A DNA stretch of 64,000 nucleotides, from positions 4,608,001-4,672,000 of the forward strand of contig OY762911.1 in assembly GCA_963666565.1 (NCBI GenBank), in the 5' to 3' direction. The notes below the pieces were generated by a model that saw nothing but the letters and a program-made list of their open reading frames with translations, was not told the DNA's origin and searched no databases. Positions 56,314 through 64,000 of this stretch are shown here, piece after piece. Source of the DNA: Thermoanaerobaculia bacterium (GTDB lineage Bacteria > Acidobacteriota > Thermoanaerobaculia > Multivoradales > Multivoraceae). A program made the translations under genes and the position numbers. Position 1 is the stretch's first letter. The number at the start of each line of letters is the position of its first letter.

Positions 56314-57291
56314 TCAGTCGTCGCTGGTCAGCGGCGGGAAGCGCACCTCGAGCACCGACCTCCTTTCGACCGAGCCGTCAGGCAGCTTCTCCAACACCTG
56401 GAGTACCTGGGGGCCCTCCGGCGGTCCCACGGGCACCACGAGCTTCCCGCCCGCGGCAAGCTGGTCGATCAGCGTCTGTGGCACGGGGTCGACCGGCCCC
56501 TTGACCATGATCGAGTCGAACGGCGCGAACTCAGGCCAACCCTCGAAGGGTTCGCCAACCCCCACCGTCACGTTGCCGTAGCCGAGGTCGCCGAGGGTGG
56601 CGGCGGCCCGCTGAGCGAGCGCTTCATCGGGCTCGATCGTGTAGACGCGGTCCACCATCTCGGACAGCAAAGCAGCCAGGTAGCCGGAGCCGGTACCGAC
56701 CTCCAGCACCTTGTGGCCCGAAACAGGGAGCGTCGGTGTGGTGAACACTCTCGCCTCGCTTCCGGCACCGATCTCTACTTCGTGGGTGCGGAGGGGCACA
56801 GCGAGTTCGGCCATCAACGCCACGATGTAGGCATCCGGAGTCGTCCGGCCCCGGCCAATCGACAGCTCGGGACCGCGATAGGCGCGAACTTGCTCCGCCG
56901 CCGGAACGAAGCGATGCCGCGGCACTCCGGGCACACCACCCATCACCTGGACCACCCGGTGAACGTCCAGGTCCGGGCGGTCCATGGACCGCCCGAGAAC
57001 GTACCCCATCATCTCTCCACGCTCTTTGTTCCGCTCCCAGCGGGCGGCTCCAGCCACCCCCCTTGCTGCCATGACCGTGAAGTAGCAGACGGAGAAGAGC
57101 GTGAACACGCCGGCAGCCAACACGACGACCCGAGCGAACGCCAGGGGACGCGCCGCCGAGCGGTCCGCCAGGCGCCGTCTCAGCACGGCCCCCAACGGGC
57201 GGTCCAGTTGAATCCGGCCACCGACGGGTCCATGCCCGCGCCCCTGGTCGTCGATGCTCTTCCGAGTAACCAGGGATCGCCGGATCTTCAC
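56314..57291 (-). CDS. Divergent second protein-L-isoaspartate O-methyltransferase paralog with N-terminal TM
   Basis: VPRHRFVP, YIVALM, VLEVGTGSGY, PFDSI, GGKLVVPVG, VRFPPL. Confidence 0.78.
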   Translation of the reverse strand: MKIRRSLVTRKSIDDQGRGHGPVGGRIQLDRPLGAVLRRRLADRSAARPLAFARVVVLAAGVFTLFSVCYFTVMAARGVAGAARWERNKERGEMMGYVLGRSMDRPDLDVHRVVQVMGGVPGVPRHRFVPAAEQVRAYRGPELSIGRGRTTPDAYIVALMAELAVPLRTHEVEIGAGSEARVFTTPTLPVSGHKVLEVGTGSGYLAALLSEMVDRVYTIEPDEALAQRAAATLGDLGYGNVTVGVGEPFEGWPEFAPFDSIMVKGPVDPVPQTLIDQLAAGGKLVVPVGPPEGPQVLQVLEKLPDGSVERRSVLEVRFPPLTSDD

Positions 57292-57292
57292 G

Positions 57293-58141
57293 TCAACCGG
57301 CCCTCTGTCCCCCAGCCGCGCCCCGCCGCCGCAGCCACTCCACCGTGCTCAACGCCAGCAGCGCGAAGACGATCAGGAAGGTGGCGACGGCGAGGATCGT
57401 CGGGCTGATCTCCTCGCGGATGCCGGACCACATCTGGCGCGGCAGGGTGCGCTGTTCCAGGCCGCCCATGAACAGGACGACGACGAGTTCGTCGAAGGAC
57501 GCGGCGAAGGCGAACAGGGCGCCCGAGACGACGCCGGGCAGGATCAGCGGCAGTTGCACCCGGCGGAAGGCGACGAGGGGGTTCGCGCCCAGGTTGGCGG
57601 CCGCGCGCATGACCGTCCAGTCGAAGCCGGCCAGGGTCGCGCTCACCGTGATGACGACGAAGGGCGCGCCGAACACGGCGTGCGCGAGGACGATCCCGAG
57701 GTGGGTCTGCGCCAGGCCGAGGTTCGAGTAGAAGAAGAACATGCCGACGCCGGCGATGATGACCGGCGTGATCATCGGCGAGACGAGCAGCGCGGTGACG
57801 ATCTTGCGGCCCGGCATCGCCGGATGGGCCAGGCCCAGCGCCGCCGCCGCGCCGAGCACGGTGGCGACGACGGTCGCCGAGACGCCGATGATCAGGCTGT
57901 TCAGAAGCGGGCGCGTCCACTCGTCGCCGTCGAAGACGTTGCGGTACCAGCGCAGCGAGTACGCCTCCGGGTCGAGCCGCAGCATGCCCTCGGTGAAGGT
58001 GAAGTAGGGCTCGGCGTTGAAGCTGAGCGGCACCAGCACCAGGATCGGCGCGATCAGGAAGACGAAGGCGGCGACGCAGAAAGCCAGGTAGCCCCAGCGG
58101 GCGACCCGGTAGCCGGGGCTGACCGCCGTGACCGCCATCAT
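57293..58141 (-). CDS. Polyamine-type ABC permease (PotC-like)
   Basis: SLRWY, NSL, AAANLGA, SFDELVV, TLPRQMW. Confidence 0.9.
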   Translation of the reverse strand: MMAVTAVSPGYRVARWGYLAFCVAAFVFLIAPILVLVPLSFNAEPYFTFTEGMLRLDPEAYSLRWYRNVFDGDEWTRPLLNSLIIGVSATVVATVLGAAAALGLAHPAMPGRKIVTALLVSPMITPVIIAGVGMFFFYSNLGLAQTHLGIVLAHAVFGAPFVVITVSATLAGFDWTVMRAAANLGANPLVAFRRVQLPLILPGVVSGALFAFAASFDELVVVLFMGGLEQRTLPRQMWSGIREEISPTILAVATFLIVFALLALSTVEWLRRRGAAGGQRAG

Positions 58142-58214
58142 CCGAGCCCTGTCCGGCCGATGCCGGCAAGGGCGCCGAAGGCCACGCGGCGGCCGCCGCG
58201 GGAAGCCCGCACGC

Positions 58215-59495
58215 TCACGCCCCCAGCCCGATCCGGTCGATGCCGACCAGCCGGTCGTACACCGCGTAGAGCAGGGTCACGCCGCCCAGCAGCAGCGCCG
58301 CCAGCGCCGCCGCCAGACCCCAGTTCAGCGAGGTCTGGACGTGGTACGCGATCATGTTCGAGATCAACTGGCCGCTCTGGCCGCCGACCAGGGCCGGAGT
58401 GATGTAGTAGCCGATCGCCAGGATGAAGGTGAGCAGGCAGCCGGCGCCGACGCCCGGCAGCGTCTGCGGCCAGTAGACCCGGCGCAGCGCCTGGAACGGC
58501 GTCGCTCCCAGCGAAACGGCCGCGTTCATGTAGGCGGGCGGGATGGCCCGCATGACCGAGTAGAGCGGCAGCACGAGGAACGGCAGCAGCACGTGGGTCA
58601 TCGCCACGAAGGTGCCCGTCATGTTGTAGATCATCGCGATCCGGCCATCGTCGCCGACCAGTCCGATGGCGACCAGGAAGTCGTTCACGATGCCCTGGTT
58701 CTGGAGCAGCACGATCCACGAGGTGGTCCGCACCAGCAGCGAGGTCCAGAACGGCAGCAGGACCAGCAGCAGCAGGACGTTCGCCCGCTTCGGCGGCGAG
58801 TTGGCGATCATGTGCGCCACCGGATAGCCGATCGCCAAGCACAGCAGGGTGACGCCCAGGCTGACCAGGAACGTGCGCCAGAACAGCGGCACGTAGATGC
58901 GCCACGCCTCCGGCGCGCGCTGGTAACCGCCATCGGGGCCGCGCTCGAAGTCGAGCGCCTTGAGGTAGTGGCGGGCGGTGAACCGCTGGCCGGCGGCCTG
59001 CAGAGCGCGCCACGGTTCCGGTCCGCCCCAGCGGGCGTCGATGGCCACCATCGTCTCGCGCCAGAAGGCGCCGTCCGTCGCCGCGCCGGCCGCCTCGGCG
59101 GCGGCCCGGGCCTCGACCATCTCCCGCGAACCGCCCATGATCGTGCTGCGCATGCCGCTCGCGACCCGGTTCACGCGGTTCGCCGTGCGCCCGAGGGTCC
59201 GCTCCTCGCGTGCCGCCACGAACTCGCGGGCCGTGGCCGCGAACGCCTCGTCGGGCGGCGTCCCCCGGCCGTCCCAGTCGCGCAGGGCCGCCATGGTCTC
59301 GGGGAGCGCGTTCGCGACATCGGGATCGTGGAAGCTCTTCGTCAACAGGCTGAGCATGGGGCCGAGGAACGTCACGGCGACGAACGCGACGAGCGGCAGG
59401 ACGAGACCGGCCGCCCGCAGCCGAGGCCCGAGCGCCCGGCGCCGCGGCGGCCGCGCAGGCGTCGGGCTGACGATTGGAGATTCCCGGGACGTCAC
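58215..59495 (-). CDS. Polyamine-type ABC permease (PotB-like)
   Basis: LPFWTSLLVRT, LPFLVLPLY, AAVSLGA, GYYITPALVGG. Confidence 0.9.
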   Translation of the reverse strand: MTSRESPIVSPTPARPPRRRALGPRLRAAGLVLPLVAFVAVTFLGPMLSLLTKSFHDPDVANALPETMAALRDWDGRGTPPDEAFAATAREFVAAREERTLGRTANRVNRVASGMRSTIMGGSREMVEARAAAEAAGAATDGAFWRETMVAIDARWGGPEPWRALQAAGQRFTARHYLKALDFERGPDGGYQRAPEAWRIYVPLFWRTFLVSLGVTLLCLAIGYPVAHMIANSPPKRANVLLLLVLLPFWTSLLVRTTSWIVLLQNQGIVNDFLVAIGLVGDDGRIAMIYNMTGTFVAMTHVLLPFLVLPLYSVMRAIPPAYMNAAVSLGATPFQALRRVYWPQTLPGVGAGCLLTFILAIGYYITPALVGGQSGQLISNMIAYHVQTSLNWGLAAALAALLLGGVTLLYAVYDRLVGIDRIGLGA

Positions 59496-59511
59496 GGCTC
59501 GCCCCCGGCCT

Positions 59512-60719
59512 TCACCGCGCCAGCCAGGCGGCGAAGCGCTCCTGCATCTCGTCGCTGTGGTCGGCCCACCACTCCCAGTCCGCCATCAGGTGGTTCTTCA
59601 TGTTCTCGGGGTTCGTCGGCATGTGCGGCCACATCTCGTCGCCCGTCTCGGCCTGCCGGCCGATCAGGGACTGCCCGGAGTAGCGTGCCGGGCTGTACGA
59701 GATGTAGCGCCCCACTCCCGCCATCGACTCGGACCGGGCCGCGAAGCGCATGAACTCCAGCGCCTCGGCGAGCTTCGGCGTGCCGGCCACGACGGCGAGC
59801 TGGCCGCGGTCCAGGATCTGGCCGTCCCAGACGATGACGAAGGGCTGATCCTCCAGCACCTGGGCGTTGAAGATCCGGCCGTTCCAGCCCGTGCTCATCA
59901 CCACCTCGCCGTCCGCCAGGAGCTGGGGCGGCTGCGCGCCGGCCTCCCACCACACGACCTCGTCCTTGATCGTGTCCAGCTTGCGAAGCGCCCGGTCGAG
60001 GCCCTCGGGGGTCGACAGCGTCTCGTAGACGCGCTCTCTCGGCACGCCGTCGGCCAGCAGCGCGAACTCCAGGTTGGCGTCGGGCTTGCGGTTCATGCCG
60101 CGGCGGCCGGGGAAGCGCTCCAGGTCGAAGAAGTCGGCGATCGTCGTCGGCGCCGGACCGGTCAGGGTCTCCGGGTTGTAGGCGTAGATCGTCGAGAACA
60201 CGAGAGTCCCCACGCCGCACTCCGTGTTCGTCTCGGGCAGGAAGTCCTCCGCCGCCGGTTCGCCGTTCGGGCCCGGCGGCAGGATCGAGGGATCGATCAG
60301 TTCCAGGATGCCCTCGTCGCAGCCGGTCACGGACTCGGAGACGTTCATGTCGACCACGTCCCAGTGAACCGATCCGGCCTCGACCTGGGCGCGGATCTGG
60401 GCCAGGCCGCCGTTGTAGTCCGCCAGGTTGACCTCGATGCCCGTCTCCGCCGTGAACGCCTCGTGGTAGCCCTTGACGCAGGCCCGGGCATAGGAACCGC
60501 CCCAGGAGACGACGGTGAGGGACCGCTCCCCGGGATCCGGCGCGCCGCCCGGCGCCTCGCCGGCCGCCAGGTCTCCGGGCGGGCCGCAGCCAGCCAGCAG
60601 GACGCCGGCCGCGATCAGGCAGGCCGCGGCGGCGCGACGGGCGCCTGCCGGCGACCGCGTTCGCCCTGCCGCCGCCCCGGCGGCGCGGGGCGGCGCCGCG
60701 GCGCGGAGCGGGAGCGCCG

Positions 60720-60726
<7 letters not shown>
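59512..60726 (-). CDS. Polyamine-type ABC substrate-binding lipoprotein (PotD-like)
   Basis: LLAGC lipobox, VVSWGGSY, WDVVD, FFDLERFPGRRG, WNGR. Confidence 0.88.
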
Positions 60727-61862
<1,136 letters not shown>

Positions 61863-61907
61863 GGGCCATCACTATACTTGCCGCTGGCTGTCCTGGGTCC
61901 GTAGCAG

Positions 61908-63623
61908 ATGACCACGCAGACAAACGCGGACGAGTCCTCCGCCGGCAGCGCCGGGGGCGAGCCCTCCGCGGACGAGGTCACGGGCTTTCGCACCGCTCCC
62001 GACCGGTACCGGCACTGGAAGCTCGAGATCGAGCCGCCGCTCGCCTTCCTGACCCTCGAAGTCGACGAGCAGGCGGGGCTGCGTCCCGGCTACCGGCTCA
62101 AGCAGAACTCCTACGACCTGGGCGTCGACTTCGAGCTCCACGACGCCACGCAGCGGCTGCGGTTCGAGCACCCGGAGGTCCACGCCGTGGTGCTCCGCTC
62201 GGACCGCGACCGCATCTTCTGCGCCGGCGCGAACATCGGCATGCTCGGCGCCTCCTCGCACCAGTTGAAGGTGAACTTCTGCAAGTTCACGAACGAGACT
62301 CGCCTGGCGATCGAGGACGCGTGCCGGCACTCCGGCCAGCGCTACCTGTGCGCGGTCCGCGGCACGGCGGCCGGCGGCGGCTACGAGCTGGCGCTCGCCT
62401 GCGACCGCATCCTGCTCGCCGACGACGGGAGTTCGGCCGTCTCGCTGCCGGAGGTGCCGCTGCTGGGCGTGCTGCCCGGCACCGGTGGGCTGACCCGGCT
62501 GCTCGACAAGCGTCGGGTCCGCCGCGACCGGGCCGACCTGTTCTGCACCCTGGAGGAGGGCGTCAAGGGCCGGCGGGCCGCGGACTGGAACCTGGTGGAC
62601 GAGCTGCTGCCGCGGTCCTCCTTCGACGAAGGCGCGAAGGCGCGGGCGCTGGAACTCGCGGCTTCGAGCGACCGTCCCGCGGCGCCCGGCGGCGCTGACT
62701 GGCCCGAAGTCGAGCCGCGGCCCGAAGCGGACTCGATTCGCTACTCCACGCTCCGCATCGAGTTCGACCGAGCGCTCGGCGCAGCCCGCCTGACCGTGCT
62801 CGGCCCAACCGACCCGCCGCCGGGCGATGCGCCGGAAGCACTGGCCGGGAGCGCCGGATTCTGGCCTCTCGTCCTCGCGCGCGAACTCGACGACGCCCTG
62901 CTCCACCTGCGCCTGAACGAGACCCGGATCGGACAGCTCGTCATCGAATCGGAAGGCGATCCGGACGCGGTGGCCGCCTTCGACGCGTTCCTTCATCGGG
63001 AGCGCGAGCACTGGTTCGTGCGCGAGGCGCTGCTCTACTGGAAGCGAGTGCTCAAGCGCCTCGACCTGACCGCGCGCAGCGCGTTCACGCTGATCGCGCC
63101 GGGGAGCTGCTTCGCGGGGTTGCTGCTCGAACTCGCGCTGGCCTCGGACCGCGCCTACATGTTCGAGGGCGAGAGCGATGACGGCGAGGCCGCGCCTTGC
63201 ATCCGGCTCGGCGAACTGAACTTCGGCACGTTTCCCACGCCGAACGGGCTCAGCCGTCTCGAAACCCGGTTCCTCGGCCGGGAGGACGCGATCGACTCCC
63301 TCCGCGCGCTCATCGGCAGGCCTCTGGAAGCCGCCGACGCCGCGGAGGCCGGGCTCGTCACCGAGGTGCTCGACGACCTGGACTGGGAGGACGAGGTCCG
63401 CATCGCCCTGGAGGAGCGGGCCAGCTTCTCGCCCGACGCGCTGACCGCGCTGGAGGCCAACCTCCGCTTCCCCGGTCCCGAAACGCTCGAGAGCAAGATC
63501 TTCGGACGACTCAGCGCCTGGCAGAACTGGATCTTCCAGCGCCCGAACGCGGTCGGCGAAGAGGGCGCGCTCCGCCTTTACGGCACCGGCCGCAGACCAC
63601 GCTTCGACAGCGAACGCATCTAG
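61908..63623 (+). CDS. boxC: 2,3-epoxybenzoyl-CoA dihydrolase
   Basis: YRHWKL, NSYDLGVD, KVNFCKFTNETR, LPEVPLLGVLPGTGG, IFGRLSAWQNWIFQRPNA. Confidence 0.94.
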   Translation: MTTQTNADESSAGSAGGEPSADEVTGFRTAPDRYRHWKLEIEPPLAFLTLEVDEQAGLRPGYRLKQNSYDLGVDFELHDATQRLRFEHPEVHAVVLRSDRDRIFCAGANIGMLGASSHQLKVNFCKFTNETRLAIEDACRHSGQRYLCAVRGTAAGGGYELALACDRILLADDGSSAVSLPEVPLLGVLPGTGGLTRLLDKRRVRRDRADLFCTLEEGVKGRRAADWNLVDELLPRSSFDEGAKARALELAASSDRPAAPGGADWPEVEPRPEADSIRYSTLRIEFDRALGAARLTVLGPTDPPPGDAPEALAGSAGFWPLVLARELDDALLHLRLNETRIGQLVIESEGDPDAVAAFDAFLHREREHWFVREALLYWKRVLKRLDLTARSAFTLIAPGSCFAGLLLELALASDRAYMFEGESDDGEAAPCIRLGELNFGTFPTPNGLSRLETRFLGREDAIDSLRALIGRPLEAADAAEAGLVTEVLDDLDWEDEVRIALEERASFSPDALTALEANLRFPGPETLESKIFGRLSAWQNWIFQRPNAVGEEGALRLYGTGRRPRFDSERI

Positions 63624-63643
63624 GGGCGTCCGCACCGGTTTCG

Positions 63644-63720
63644 GCTGCGCTGGCGCGCAGGGAACCGGCTGTCTGCCGGGTGCGCGGGTCTTCCGACCCG
63701 CTGCCGCCGAAGGCGGCCAG
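63644..63720 (+). repeat. Family A REP-like copy with extended leader, between boxC and boxB
   Basis: gctgcgctggcgcgcagggaaccggctgtctgcc-gggtgcgcgggtcttccgacccgctgccgccgaaggcggccag. Confidence 0.9.
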
Positions 63721-63747
63721 CTCCGCGCAAGCGAGTACTCTCAACCG

Positions 63748-64000
<253 letters not shown>

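Overview
GC-rich bacterial chromosomal window, densely coding. I saw no rRNA, tRNA, CRISPR array, transposase or integrase. Gene content (FN3/Ig autotransporter-like protein, sulfatase, GH20, boxC/boxB, many TA modules) loosely suggests an Acidobacteriota-like, possibly host-associated genome; this is inference only. Housekeeping and transport genes include an acyl-CoA carboxyltransferase, ppx, ltaE, coaA, a Fe/B12-type ABC importer, an ActP-like symporter, recD2, a frameshifted galK, RND efflux, two pcm paralogs, a polyamine ABC importer and boxC/boxB. Two defence/TA patches interrupt them. (1) ~2-9 kb: two convergent amino-methyltransferases, a CBS-pair/HEPN(RxxxxH) gene directly upstream of a multidomain McrB-McrC, and an orphan higA. 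(2) ~22.9-27.6 kb: HEPN-MNT, a decayed copy of the recD2 3' segment, an HNH-like ORF, orphan hicB and abrB antitoxins, and a stand-alone ABC-ATPase/TOPRIM pair resembling MADS MAD3-MAD4. Other highlights: a MamK-like actin translationally coupled to a peptidoglycan amidase with no other mam genes, and an abundant REP-like palindromic repeat whose second hairpin usually keeps a c-GNA-g loop. All family assignments come from motif recognition by eye, not from database searches.
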